Part shown: positions 10,737 to 20,852 of the stretch, piece by piece
Layout: the number at the start of each line of letters is the position of its first letter
Position numbering within the stretch: position 1 is the first letter of the stretch
Assembly (NCBI GenBank): GCA_023230585.1
Contig: JALNXB010000003.1
Coordinates: 22,060-86,059 of the forward strand
Direction: 5' to 3'
DNA length: 64,000 nucleotides
From: a bacterium
GTDB lineage: Bacteria; Ratteibacteria; UBA8468; B48-G9; JAFGKM01
The notes under the pieces: generated by a model
Seen by the model: only the letters and a program-made list of their open reading frames with translations
Database searches by the model: none
What the model was told of the DNA's origin: nothing
Made by a program: the position numbers and the translations under genes

Positions 10737-10947
10737 TTATACCAATATTATCTTATAATAATCTATTATTTATCCTTATAATTTAGACTCTACTTGCTTT
10801 TTTGTCAAATATTCCTTCCTTACTTTAAAAGGAAAACAGGAATCCCCCTTAAACAGGTACGGTTAAGTTTGCAAACAATAGTGGAGAGTAGAAAAGAGGG
10901 TATAAAAGAGTGGAAATAGCAATAATTGTAATAAGGAAATAAAAGAT

Positions 10948-12729
10948 ATGACTAAAAAATATTTACTTGGAAATGATGCTATTGCGTATGGTTTAATTGA
11001 AGGTGGAGTAGAAGGTGTCTTTGGATACCCAGGAACTCCTTCATCTGAAATAACACAAAAACTTATTGAACTTTCGAAAGAATATAGGTTTTATGCAGAG
11101 TGGTCCGTGAACGAAAAGGTTGCTTATGAAAACGCCTACGGCGCTTCTTTGACAGGCAAAAGAACGGTTGTTATTATGAAGCACGTTGGCTTAAATGTTG
11201 CTTCAGACGCTTTTATGACATCCGCATACACAGGAGTAGAGGGAGGGTTTGTTATAATTGTAGCAGACGATCCTTTTGCTCACTCTTCACAAAATGAACA
11301 AGATTCCCGCAGGTACGCTATATTTGGTAAAGTTCCTTACTTTGAGCCGTCTTCAATACAGGAAGCTAAAGATATATCCACATTTGCTTTCTCTTTCTCA
11401 GAAAAGATTGGGCTACCTGTCATTATAAGAAGCGTAACAAGAATATCTCATGGTAAATCGGATGTGATATTAGGGAATATCAATAAGAACTACTCTAAAA
11501 CTTCTTTCAAAAAAAATCCTGAAAAGTTTGTTATGGTCCCTGCCAATGCAAGGACTGCACTAAAAAAACTTAATGAGAAACAAGAATATATTAAAACAGA
11601 GATAGAGAAATTGCCTTTCAATTCAGAAGAGAAAGGGGATGCAACAGGAATAATAGTTTCAGGTATTTCTTACCAATATGTGAAAGAAATAAAAGAAAAA
11701 CATAACCTATCTTTCTCGCTTCTAAAAATATCTTCATACCCCATACCAGATAAACAAATAACCAGTTTTATCAAAGATAAAAAAGAAGTTATAGTTTTTG
11801 AAGAAGGAGAACCTGTCATTGAAGAAAATATTTATATTATCGCAAAAAAATATGGTTCAAATATCCTTATAAAAGGTAAGTTAGAAGGAACTCTCCCCAT
11901 AGAAGGAGAATATTCTCTTGAATTGGTTGAAAAAACTCTTGTTGGTCAAAACATCCACACCTCAAACCTAACATCAAAATCTCAACCTTTGCCAGTAAGA
12001 GCCCCTGTGTTGTGCCCAGGATGTCCGCATATAGGGTCTTTCCATATACTTAAAAAAGTCTTTGGAAAAGATTCTATCTTTCCTGGTGACATAGGATGTT
12101 ACACTCTTGGTGTACAGTTGGGAACTATTGATACTTGTCTATGTATGGGGGCAGGAATAAGTATGGGGACAGGAATATCAAGATTTGAAAAGGATAGACC
12201 TGTTATATCAATAATAGGTGATTCTACCTTTTTTCATTCAGGTTTAACTGGACTTATAAACGCTTGCTATAATAAAGCAGACCAGATTGTGGCTATTTTA
12301 GATAACAGAACAACTGCAATGACTGGTCACCAACCTCATCCAGGAACAGGAGAAACAGCTATAGGTGAACCTACAATCAATATCAATCTTGAACAGTTAA
12401 TTCTTGCAATGGGTATTGAGAAGGTTATAACAGTTGACCCTTATTTCATTAAAGAATCTATTGAAAAATTAAAAAACTTCAAAGACTATAAAGGGGTTAG
12501 GGTAATTATTTTTAAGAGAAATTGTATTTTCGTAGGTAAACAACCTAAAAAACAGTTTTTTGTTGATAAGAACAAATGTACTGGGTGTAAACTATGTTTG
12601 CAACTTAAATGCCCTGCTATTATTTTTAAGGATGGGAAAGCAGAGATAACCAACCAATGTAGTGGTTGCGGGATATGTGTAGAAATATGTCCTTTTAACT
12701 CCATAGAGGAAATTAAAGATGGAAACTAA
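10948..12729 (+). CDS. iorA: Indolepyruvate:ferredoxin oxidoreductase alpha subunit (TPP-dependent, with 2x[4Fe-4S] ferredoxin domain)
   Basis: 593 aa. The N-terminus GYPGTPSSEI is the IOR/POR TPP-domain signature. A central TPP-binding GDIG-like motif is present (GDSTFFHSG). The C-terminal CTGCKLCLQLKCP...CSGCGICVEICP is a double ferredoxin motif, as in IorA. Confidence 0.8.
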   Translation: MTKKYLLGNDAIAYGLIEGGVEGVFGYPGTPSSEITQKLIELSKEYRFYAEWSVNEKVAYENAYGASLTGKRTVVIMKHVGLNVASDAFMTSAYTGVEGGFVIIVADDPFAHSSQNEQDSRRYAIFGKVPYFEPSSIQEAKDISTFAFSFSEKIGLPVIIRSVTRISHGKSDVILGNINKNYSKTSFKKNPEKFVMVPANARTALKKLNEKQEYIKTEIEKLPFNSEEKGDATGIIVSGISYQYVKEIKEKHNLSFSLLKISSYPIPDKQITSFIKDKKEVIVFEEGEPVIEENIYIIAKKYGSNILIKGKLEGTLPIEGEYSLELVEKTLVGQNIHTSNLTSKSQPLPVRAPVLCPGCPHIGSFHILKKVFGKDSIFPGDIGCYTLGVQLGTIDTCLCMGAGISMGTGISRFEKDRPVISIIGDSTFFHSGLTGLINACYNKADQIVAILDNRTTAMTGHQPHPGTGETAIGEPTININLEQLILAMGIEKVITVDPYFIKESIEKLKNFKDYKGVRVIIFKRNCIFVGKQPKKQFFVDKNKCTGCKLCLQLKCPAIIFKDGKAEITNQCSGCGICVEICPFNSIEEIKDGN

Positions 12730-13291
12730 AAATAGGTGCGATATTTTAATATCAGGAGTTGGGGGTCAAGGTATTCTTTTATGTTCAGATATACTTGGGG
12801 AGGCTTCTATTTATGAAAACCTTCCAGTAAAAGGTGCTGAAGTTCATGGTATGGCACAAAGAGGCGGTTCAGTTGAAGCTCACGTGCGTATAGGTTGTTC
12901 TTATGGACCTATGATACCTCTTGGTAAAGCAGATATACTATTAGCAATGGAACCTCTTGAAGGTGCAAGGTATTCTTACTATTTGAAAGAAGGTGGGTTT
13001 GCAGTAGTAAATACTAGAAGAATCCCTCTGCTCGGAGAAGAGTATGATATTGAAAAGACGCTCTCAATTATAAGAGAAAAAACATCAGATATTATAGCAG
13101 GGGATTTTTTTAACTCAGTTCAGAAGGTATCTTCCGGTAAAGCATTAAACATTTTTATGTTAGGTATAGCGTCATCTAAAATACCACTCAAAAAAGAGTC
13201 TTTACTGTTAGCAATAGAAAAGAACGTAAAAGAAAAATTTGTTCAGATGAACCTAATGGCTTTTGAGGAAGGAATTAAAATAGGTACCTAA
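12719..13291 (+). CDS. iorB: Indolepyruvate:ferredoxin oxidoreductase beta subunit
   Basis: 190 aa. ILISGVGGQGILLCSDILGEA is the POR-gamma/IorB Rossmann-like signature. The start overlaps the iorA stop by 11 nt. Confidence 0.75.
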   Translation: METKNRCDILISGVGGQGILLCSDILGEASIYENLPVKGAEVHGMAQRGGSVEAHVRIGCSYGPMIPLGKADILLAMEPLEGARYSYYLKEGGFAVVNTRRIPLLGEEYDIEKTLSIIREKTSDIIAGDFFNSVQKVSSGKALNIFMLGIASSKIPLKKESLLLAIEKNVKEKFVQMNLMAFEEGIKIGT

Positions 13292-13374
13292 AACCTATCC
13301 TGCTATTGTGGCAACATAAAAAAGAGAAATTCTCTCCAACTTAACACAAGTTGCTAACCCTTGATTAGAGCAAG

Positions 13375-14379
13375 TTAAATGCTTTTCTTTATATATTTCA
13401 TCTTCTTAGTAATCTCTTTAGAGAGTTTTAACGCTATCTCTTCCATACCAGCAAGTGATGGGTGCCCTAAATCAAATGATAGCCCGGAAATATCTGTAAT
13501 AAACTTTCTTCCATCAAGATGAATAACCTTATCAGAATTGATACTTTTTACGAGAGCCTTTACAATCTTTCTGAACTTTTTAGGTTTATCAGGGTCTGAA
13601 AGAATATAAGTTTTAAGGTAAGGGAATATATCAATACAGAAGAGATACTTGTTGGGATGCTTTTTATGAACTCGCCATAGAAAATATTCTACTCTCTCCT
13701 TAAACTCCGCCACATCAGACCGGTGAAGCATATTCACTCCTATCTCAAAAGAGGCAAAATCCCAATCGTCTCTTTCAGATATATAGTCTGCAAACTGGTT
13801 TTCAAAACGGGCTCCACCTCCAAACCCAAGATTAAACAGGTTAACCCCAAGCATAGTAGCAGTTCTCATAATATATGTTCCTGAGGAACTAACAGCGCTT
13901 GCACCGTGAGTTATGGAAGAACCATAAGCAAGATAGTTTAACGAAGGTAACTGGGACTTAGAGGGAGGTTCAAAATCACCTTCAATATCAATAATTTTCA
14001 TCTCTCCGTTGTAAGGGAGTATTACTCTGGTAAGAGAAGTATCAAAAGGTAGGTTTCTACCCTTAGACAGGTGATTTAAATGTTCAATATTAGCAGGAAG
14101 AGTTATAGGAATTGTTACGATTTTATTATCTATCAAATGAACACTCTTCTGAAAAACTCCCTGATAAACCTCCACGATCCCATTGGCAAGAAGCGTTATT
14201 TTAGCGTCCTTGCTTTTCAGATTAAATCTCATTTCACACCCTGAAGCCTGTCTTGCACCTATAACCACAGACGGGTTTGAGTTTAACCTCAAGCTTTCTG
14301 GAATCCTGTTTATATAAAAGCCTCCATCATCCTCTATAAGTTCAACCACATTATGAAACAAAATATTCTTATATATCAT
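13375..14379 (-). CDS. SGNH/GDSL-family hydrolase with N-terminal accessory domain
   Basis: The motif AYGSSITHG (GDS-like block I with a Ser nucleophile), followed by G and N blocks and a distal D/H region, fits the SGNH-hydrolase fold. There is no clear signal peptide. Confidence 0.45.
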   Translation of the reverse strand: MIYKNILFHNVVELIEDDGGFYINRIPESLRLNSNPSVVIGARQASGCEMRFNLKSKDAKITLLANGIVEVYQGVFQKSVHLIDNKIVTIPITLPANIEHLNHLSKGRNLPFDTSLTRVILPYNGEMKIIDIEGDFEPPSKSQLPSLNYLAYGSSITHGASAVSSSGTYIMRTATMLGVNLFNLGFGGGARFENQFADYISERDDWDFASFEIGVNMLHRSDVAEFKERVEYFLWRVHKKHPNKYLFCIDIFPYLKTYILSDPDKPKKFRKIVKALVKSINSDKVIHLDGRKFITDISGLSFDLGHPSLAGMEEIALKLSKEITKKMKYIKKSI

Positions 14380-14439
14380 ATTATCTCCATTTGTTAAAAT
14401 TCTTCTAACAAATTCAACGTATTTTACCCTCTCCCCGCC

Positions 14440-14520
14440 CTACTTTGTCAACATCTATTGAGCGGTAGTAAAAACGAGATTGCCACGTCAAGAAGCGCTC
14501 GCAAAGAGAGACCTGACATA
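14440..14520. repeat. Modular intergenic repeat, copy R4 (module C)
   Basis: ctattgagcggtagtaaaaacgagattgccacgtcaagaagcgctcgcaaagagagacc shares its leader with copy R3 (tagcggtagt.aa.ac.agatt) and its cgctcgcaaaga core with the copies at 60190 and 2060. Confidence 0.55.
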
Positions 14521-14599
14521 TTTTTTGTATATTTTAATCTATTTACGTAAAATATGTTACAATAATTAAAATGTTTTAAACTCTTTAATAAGGAACAAT

Positions 14600-15031
14600 A
14601 TGAAAAAAACACTCTATTCAGGACTATTCTTATTACAGTTTACAATCTTATTTGGGCTCTCAGGATGTAAAACCCCAGCAAATATCAACGTCGATACAGA
14701 CAATGCCTCAGTCTATAACAACTGGCCACAGGTTCAGTTTGAAGGTTGTAGAATACTTCTTGCTACAGAACCTCAACTTGCACATCAAGGGTTTGCTATT
14801 GCTTCTTATAGGGATTTTGACAACACTATTATTATATTCCCCAACATATCCGAAGGCACAAAATTTATTAACCATAACCAAGGATATGGCGCTGTAAAAA
14901 GGGACCTAAAAATAGTCTTTTTTGATTCAGAAATGAATATACTTAAAGAAGATATAATGACAAAAGAAGACGGGTTTTCTGTAGCGCCACCTAAAACCAG
15001 TTTTGCCATTGAAGGTTTGCCTGCCAAATAA
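14600..15031 (+). CDS. Small lipoprotein, DUF192-like (COG1430) candidate
   Basis: Signal peptide plus lipobox (LFGLSGC). Mature domain is about 120 aa. The spacing of conserved hydrophobic/acidic blocks (LLATEPQLAHQGF...IIFPN...KIVFFDSEMNIL) resembles DUF192. Confidence 0.35.
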   Translation: MKKTLYSGLFLLQFTILFGLSGCKTPANINVDTDNASVYNNWPQVQFEGCRILLATEPQLAHQGFAIASYRDFDNTIIIFPNISEGTKFINHNQGYGAVKRDLKIVFFDSEMNILKEDIMTKEDGFSVAPPKTSFAIEGLPAK

Positions 15032-15081
15032 ATACGGTTGCAAAAACTTCTATGTATATCAAGTAATCTTCACCTTTAAAA

Positions 15082-16521
15082 TTATTCTTTATCTGGACCT
15101 AAAATTCCGTAATCCCAAGGGGTACCTTTCTTATCTACCTGCGGAGTAGAAGGAAGTTGTCCGGGCTTAAATTTTTCAGCAATCTGAATGCTTGCTTCAA
15201 CAATCTTATCTCCTGCTCCTTCCTCAAGATTGGAATAACTTGTGAGAATAGTCTCATACCCTCCACCTGTAGATGAAAAGGCTTTTTTATCTGGAACATA
15301 ACCAACACCTCCATTGGCAAGTTCCACAACAAAAGTAAGAGGGAACAATGAAGATTTTTTTATTTTCAGACCAAGGTTACAAAAAAACTCAGCAGGGTTA
15401 GCAAGGAACACAACAGGGCCTACTTGTATACCTTGAACTTCAACTTCTTTAATAGGCTCTTTCTTGACAAAATAATCTGCTATAAGTAACTCTTTCGCAA
15501 AAGTCCATTCTGTATCAAACCTATTATTTTTCAACCCATCTTCAACAATTTTCAAACTTTTTGCAAGACGTTCTTTTGAAGGCTTTCTTCTTTTAAGTTC
15601 TAAGAATTTTTGAGCGAAAGATACAGGTGAACAATCGCCTTTTTCAGCGGTAACCATAACCTTGATAACTTCTGCTGCAACACGAGTACCCACAAAATCA
15701 GCGTATTTTTCCCCAAACTCTCTCTCCGACATAGACAAGTTGTTAACCTGAGTAACATCTCCGCTTGCTCCATTAAGAAAAACTACAATAGAATCTTTAC
15801 CCATTGCTCCTTGAATTCTTTTTTCTAAAAAATATATCCAATCAGCCGTGACCGCTCCGTAGTTGGTTGTTCCGTGGCAGGCATAATTTACAACGGTACC
15901 AAGAAGGTTACCTTTCATATCCCAAGCCGCAATAACGCCAACTTCTGGGTCTATAGGACCTGCAAAATCTATTATATCAGGATTACCTTTACCAGGGTGT
16001 GTATACGCCCTTCCCTGTTTCATTTTTACCCGACGGTTAAAAGCAACCTTATCTTCATAACCAGAACCGCAAGAAAGAACCGCTTCTTGCCTTCTTGTGT
16101 AAGCTTCACATATAGCTGTAACTGTTTGCCCGATTAAATATTCATAATATAGGGAATCTGTTACAGTTGAATGTTTTGAAATAAGAGTTTTAATTGGTTC
16201 AGGAACATCTGCATACTCATCTTCTCTAAGCCCAAAAAAAGGACCTCCTGCGTGAGTATGAGAAGCACCCATAAGTATAGCCCCTGCTTTTATACCTGTC
16301 CGTTTCTCTACCTCTTGCCTAATAATTTTAACAGGTTCAGCCGATTGTATAATGCAACTATCAATACCAACCAGAGCAACAGATTCTTTTCCACTTGAAA
16401 AGACCGCAGCCCTAACCTTAAGATTATCCCTATAACTTTTTACGTAACTTTTACCGTAACCACCGGGTTGTTCCATTCCAAGAGAAGGGGTTATATCTGA
16501 TTCGTAAAATCCAGCTTTCAT
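15082..16521 (-). CDS. Neutral/alkaline ceramidase-like hydrolase (N-terminal ceramidase_alk-type domain)
   Basis: N-terminus MKAGFYESDITPSLGMEQPGGYG...RAAVFSSGKESVALVGIDS. GASHTHAGGP matches the neutral ceramidase N-terminal catalytic domain, a zinc-binding H-x-H block. It is shorter (479 aa) than eukaryotic enzymes. Confidence 0.5.
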   Translation of the reverse strand: MKAGFYESDITPSLGMEQPGGYGKSYVKSYRDNLKVRAAVFSSGKESVALVGIDSCIIQSAEPVKIIRQEVEKRTGIKAGAILMGASHTHAGGPFFGLREDEYADVPEPIKTLISKHSTVTDSLYYEYLIGQTVTAICEAYTRRQEAVLSCGSGYEDKVAFNRRVKMKQGRAYTHPGKGNPDIIDFAGPIDPEVGVIAAWDMKGNLLGTVVNYACHGTTNYGAVTADWIYFLEKRIQGAMGKDSIVVFLNGASGDVTQVNNLSMSEREFGEKYADFVGTRVAAEVIKVMVTAEKGDCSPVSFAQKFLELKRRKPSKERLAKSLKIVEDGLKNNRFDTEWTFAKELLIADYFVKKEPIKEVEVQGIQVGPVVFLANPAEFFCNLGLKIKKSSLFPLTFVVELANGGVGYVPDKKAFSSTGGGYETILTSYSNLEEGAGDKIVEASIQIAEKFKPGQLPSTPQVDKKGTPWDYGILGPDKE

Positions 16522-16591
16522 TTTGTTATCTCCTATAATAAATATCGAGGTTAATAACTTGTTCTACTTTTAAGTTGTTTATAAAAAGTAT

Positions 16592-19500
16592 TTATTTAGC
16601 AAACTTTATAAACCCAGCATTTTCAACTCGCCATATAGATGTCCCCGTTGCTACCCAAGCAAACCAGTCAGTTTTCTTGTATGCTCCCATATTAAACGCC
16701 AACTGCTCAACTTCTTTCAGATCGATCCCTAAAGACTTAAATGGTATCTTCACCTCGGCAGTCCAGACCTTATTCTCATCATCAAGTACAACCCTCTTAT
16801 ATTCTATGTTTTTTTCTATCTCTGCAACATCTTTATAATTCATTTTAAAAAGATTGTTCACTCTATATTCACCATCATAAAAGAAACTCATTGTATATAT
16901 TGGTCCTGTAACCATATCATCAGACCACCAACTACTTGTCTGTGAACTATGCTGGCTCTCAATAGCAACCTCAAAAAGCGGTGAATGTTTCTTCATTCGG
17001 GTAAGCATACCTTCTTTAAACGGATCAGGATCGTTTTTTATCGCTATATACAGATTCTCATTATCGTGTAACAGCCATACATAACTTTTAGCACCCTCTA
17101 CCTGCTCTCCTTGAAACTGCTGTTCAATAACCATTGCTTTTTTTATATCAAGGTTACCCCACTCTTTAACATCAAGTTTACCATCTATAGTTACAGGGTT
17201 TTTCCTCACAGGGATTGTATAGGTAGAAGGAGATTTAACCCGCTTTAACGGAACAAGTATCGTCTTAGAAAGTTCGTCCATAGGTTTCCAGTCTGTATAG
17301 TAATATTTACCTATATCTTCTTGGCTTCTACTGATAGGCCAACTTGCCCTTAAACTGCTTTTGTATACACCTATACCATCCATAGTTATTGGTTCTGCTC
17401 CTGTTAACCCATATACAGGAGAACCGGGCCTGATTGCTAAATCTCTACCTTCCCTATCAAGAAAGAGAGGCTCATCTCCATCCCAGTTATTCTTGACTAT
17501 ATTATGCTCCTTTGCACCTCTGGAGAATGTAATAAACGGTCCACCTGTATTGATATTCCTTTCAATAAAGTTGTTCTGAGACAAACCTATAGGCCGTTCT
17601 CTGTAGAGCATATCAAACAATTGCGGATATCGATAACTCCAGGGCGGTTGTTTGTACCTAACATAAGCTAAACGTTGTGAAGCAAGATGTGATATAGTTC
17701 TATACTTTGGAGTTTCATCTTGGTTATAAAAAAGTGCCGACCTGTCCCCTTGAGATATGGCTCTTGCCTCAGAATCTATAAATACGTTATTCTCAATACG
17801 GTTTTCCGGCTGTGCATTAGAGACTCCATTAGGAATTCTATAGAAGAAATTTTTCTCTATCACAAGTCCGCCATTGATAGCATCAATATGTATCGCATTA
17901 AGTCCCTGGTTAGTATTCGGTGAAGAATGGGTACTTATATGATGAAAATAGTTGTTCCTTATAACCGTACCCCTGCTCATCAGATACCACGGTTCTCCGT
18001 ATATATATATTGAGCCTAACTCTCTACCTTCATAAACAACGTCGTGCATCTCATTAAACTCAACTATATGGTCGTTAGCATTAAAGTATATACCTTGCAT
18101 TGGTGAATCGTGTATAACGTTATGAGATACTATCTGACCTACCCCATCTATCCTAACACCCTGCCTGTAACCTCCATCAAACCGGTTAAACCTGTGTATG
18201 TGGTTATTGATAACAAGGTGTCTTGCTGGAATCAGTTTTTTTCTGAAAGGTGTTGTTTTACTTCTACCACCTAAAAAATCTAAAGAAACCCCTCCTTCAC
18301 CTGTATCAAAAATATCACACCCAACAATAGAGTGTTCAAACCCGCCGTTTATATTAACTGCCCATTCCCCCACATTCTTTATTGTGCTTGCAACTATATA
18401 GTTGTTCCTACCTCTCTTTATCTCTATACCGTGGGTACGGGTTGCTTCAAAAGTAACACCAAAAAATATAATGTAAGAAGTTTCATCCATACTTATCAAA
18501 GAAGTGCTCAACATAGAGGCTATGACTTCGCTATTTTCAATCTTATCAGGTGGATAAATATAGAGTTTCCCTGTTTCTCTATCTACATACCATTCTCCAG
18601 GGGTATCAATCTCACTTAACAGGTTATATACATAATATGGAGTATCTTTACTTATCGGCACACTGTAAAGTGGATAGGTTTCGCCCCATCTTGTGTCGTA
18701 ATATGTATTTATAACCTTGTTTTTTGTGTCTATTGATTTTAGTTTTACGTGGTCTTTAGAATATACATAATGCCAGAATCCATGTAACCATACATCCTTT
18801 TCTTCCAACCACCTCTCTGGCCTGTCCCCCGAATAGACAAATCCTGCCTTTTGAAACTCTCCCCTACCAACACCATCAACTCTAAAAAGGCCAGCAACCC
18901 GTGCGTGCCCCTCATTAGGCCAACGGGCAAGCCGCATTGGAGCCCCGTTAAAGAAGAGTTCCATAGCTCCCGGAACATCTCCTCCGTGTCCACCTCTGTT
19001 TAAAAGTTCTCCGTAATCTGTTATCCCTTGAGATTTTAAGTCAGCAGTCCAAACCTTACCCTTGGATTCTTCAGGTAAACGCTTAATAATAGCAGGGTCG
19101 GTAAGAAGTTTAAACCCTTTTACTTGCTTACCTCCAATAATACGAACTTTCTCGTTAGGGTAACTTCTATATACAATAGGAGAGTTTTCTGTGCCTGAAT
19201 CTTCTTTCCCAAAAGAGATGCTCTTATCTATAAAGTATCTTCCTTCCCTAAGATAAACAGATATTCCTCCGGCTGGTATTCCACCGCTTGCTTTGATTTT
19301 TCTAACCTCTTCCTGTGCCCTCGTAATGGTTGCAAACGGTCTTGCCTTTGTGCCAGAATTTGTGTCTGCGCCTTTAGGGGAAACATATATAAACCTTTTA
19401 GGACTTTCTATCAATTCCTCTATCTTTTTATCCCGACTCTTTATCTGAGAACCGTCTTTCAGGTCTTCTATCTCTTCCAACCTGTTACGTAAATCGAGCC

Positions 19501-20797
19501 GGTACCCTTCATGTGGCAAGGGAAGGCTCTCCTGTTCTACCAATAGCCGTTCATATATCTTTCTTGCTTCTGAATATTTTTTTTCGTCCCTAAATGTATC
19601 TCCAATTTTCTTATAAGAAGTAAACAGGTGATGCTCAAGAGCGTCATCTGTTTTTATAATTTGGTTATACAATTCTCTTGCTTTAATATAATTTTTCTGT
19701 TCAATATATACTTCTGCCTGCTGAAAAAGACCATATATACGGTAATAGGTAGATAGATTTGGGATTGAAAATATTTCGTTATACGTTTTATGCACATTAG
19801 CATAATCTTTCTCTTTCCTATATGATTCCGCTATATTAAAAAAAGATAGTTCCTTACCATAACTCGCTAACCCTTTAAGTTTTTCGTATTCTACTCGAGC
19901 TTTCTTATAATCGCCCGCCTTAATATATGTATCGGCTCTCATAAAAACATCGTCTTGAGAAACCCCAGAAGGTCCCCTACCGAGAACAGAGACCTCTTCC
20001 TCACTTAAAACCCTGTTATATATAACAACTTCATCTATATCAAGTTTGAGAGAACCAACTCCATGTTCAGAAAACCCTATCTTGAAAGGATAATCTGTTT
20101 TAACATACTCTCCTGAAAACTTGTTGACCTGTTGAGCTTTTCTATCAACCATCTCTGTCATAACCTGTTCCACAAATTTCCCGTTAACATACATTTTCAT
20201 TTGGTTACCGTCCCAGGTCACCACAAGATGGTGCCAGGTGTTGTCAGGTAAAGGTGTTTTGGTAAAAAGGTTGGCAGAACCAACTGGTTGCCCAATAGAG
20301 AAACGTATACTTAAATCACGCTCGTAAGCTGTAATAATACGCCACCCTCTTGTGTACCCTGAAACTCCCAAAATAGTACCATCCTGCCTTTTCATTGCTG
20401 CCACTATGCTTCCCGGACCTTGCCTTCTAAACCATACCTCAACACTAAACTGCTTGTCTTGTATGTTGTACGCCTCTCCTTGATAAAACCCTCTATCTAA
20501 ACTTACTGCTTTTTTTTCTGGCCACCTACCTTCTATTACTTTTAAATCGTTAAACTCTTCTTTGGTGGCAGGGTCCTTATAAGGAACAAACTTTAATGTT
20601 TTTCCTTCTTTACCTAAATCAGTTACCACGCTTTCAGAATCTTTAACGTCTTCAAATGTGTAGTACCTCATAACTGTGGCATCTTTAATTAATGATTCTC
20701 TTCTTTTTAACCATTGAGAGTATCCTTGGTTTTCGCTACAAAGAGTACAACTCAAGGATATGCAAAAAAGAGATATATAACCGAATATTTTTGACAT
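16592..20797 (-). CDS. Giant secreted multidomain protein: LamG/ConA-like lectin + TPR repeats + right-handed beta-helix (pectate-lyase-like) + C-terminal CBM9-like domain
   Basis: 1401 aa with a signal peptide (MSKIFGYISLFCISLSCTLCSE). The LamG-like block is ...WHHLVVTWDGNQMKMYVNGKFV. The TPR-like helical repeats are YKKARVEYEKL...YIKARELYNQII. Beta-helix repeats carry a NxxxHD periodicity (VSHNVIHDSPMQGIYFNANDHIVEFNEMHDV). The C-terminal DGKLDVKEWGNLD...YVWLLHDNENLYIAIKNDPD is typical of CBM9/DOMON-like modules. Confidence 0.6.
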   Translation of the reverse strand: MSKIFGYISLFCISLSCTLCSENQGYSQWLKRRESLIKDATVMRYYTFEDVKDSESVVTDLGKEGKTLKFVPYKDPATKEEFNDLKVIEGRWPEKKAVSLDRGFYQGEAYNIQDKQFSVEVWFRRQGPGSIVAAMKRQDGTILGVSGYTRGWRIITAYERDLSIRFSIGQPVGSANLFTKTPLPDNTWHHLVVTWDGNQMKMYVNGKFVEQVMTEMVDRKAQQVNKFSGEYVKTDYPFKIGFSEHGVGSLKLDIDEVVIYNRVLSEEEVSVLGRGPSGVSQDDVFMRADTYIKAGDYKKARVEYEKLKGLASYGKELSFFNIAESYRKEKDYANVHKTYNEIFSIPNLSTYYRIYGLFQQAEVYIEQKNYIKARELYNQIIKTDDALEHHLFTSYKKIGDTFRDEKKYSEARKIYERLLVEQESLPLPHEGYRLDLRNRLEEIEDLKDGSQIKSRDKKIEELIESPKRFIYVSPKGADTNSGTKARPFATITRAQEEVRKIKASGGIPAGGISVYLREGRYFIDKSISFGKEDSGTENSPIVYRSYPNEKVRIIGGKQVKGFKLLTDPAIIKRLPEESKGKVWTADLKSQGITDYGELLNRGGHGGDVPGAMELFFNGAPMRLARWPNEGHARVAGLFRVDGVGRGEFQKAGFVYSGDRPERWLEEKDVWLHGFWHYVYSKDHVKLKSIDTKNKVINTYYDTRWGETYPLYSVPISKDTPYYVYNLLSEIDTPGEWYVDRETGKLYIYPPDKIENSEVIASMLSTSLISMDETSYIIFFGVTFEATRTHGIEIKRGRNNYIVASTIKNVGEWAVNINGGFEHSIVGCDIFDTGEGGVSLDFLGGRSKTTPFRKKLIPARHLVINNHIHRFNRFDGGYRQGVRIDGVGQIVSHNVIHDSPMQGIYFNANDHIVEFNEMHDVVYEGRELGSIYIYGEPWYLMSRGTVIRNNYFHHISTHSSPNTNQGLNAIHIDAINGGLVIEKNFFYRIPNGVSNAQPENRIENNVFIDSEARAISQGDRSALFYNQDETPKYRTISHLASQRLAYVRYKQPPWSYRYPQLFDMLYRERPIGLSQNNFIERNINTGGPFITFSRGAKEHNIVKNNWDGDEPLFLDREGRDLAIRPGSPVYGLTGAEPITMDGIGVYKSSLRASWPISRSQEDIGKYYYTDWKPMDELSKTILVPLKRVKSPSTYTIPVRKNPVTIDGKLDVKEWGNLDIKKAMVIEQQFQGEQVEGAKSYVWLLHDNENLYIAIKNDPDPFKEGMLTRMKKHSPLFEVAIESQHSSQTSSWWSDDMVTGPIYTMSFFYDGEYRVNNLFKMNYKDVAEIEKNIEYKRVVLDDENKVWTAEVKIPFKSLGIDLKEVEQLAFNMGAYKKTDWFAWVATGTSIWRVENAGFIKFAK

Positions 20798-20852
20798 AAT
20801 TCACTCCTTTAGGTTGTATATAAATTCACAGTGTACATTTAATTAAATTCTG

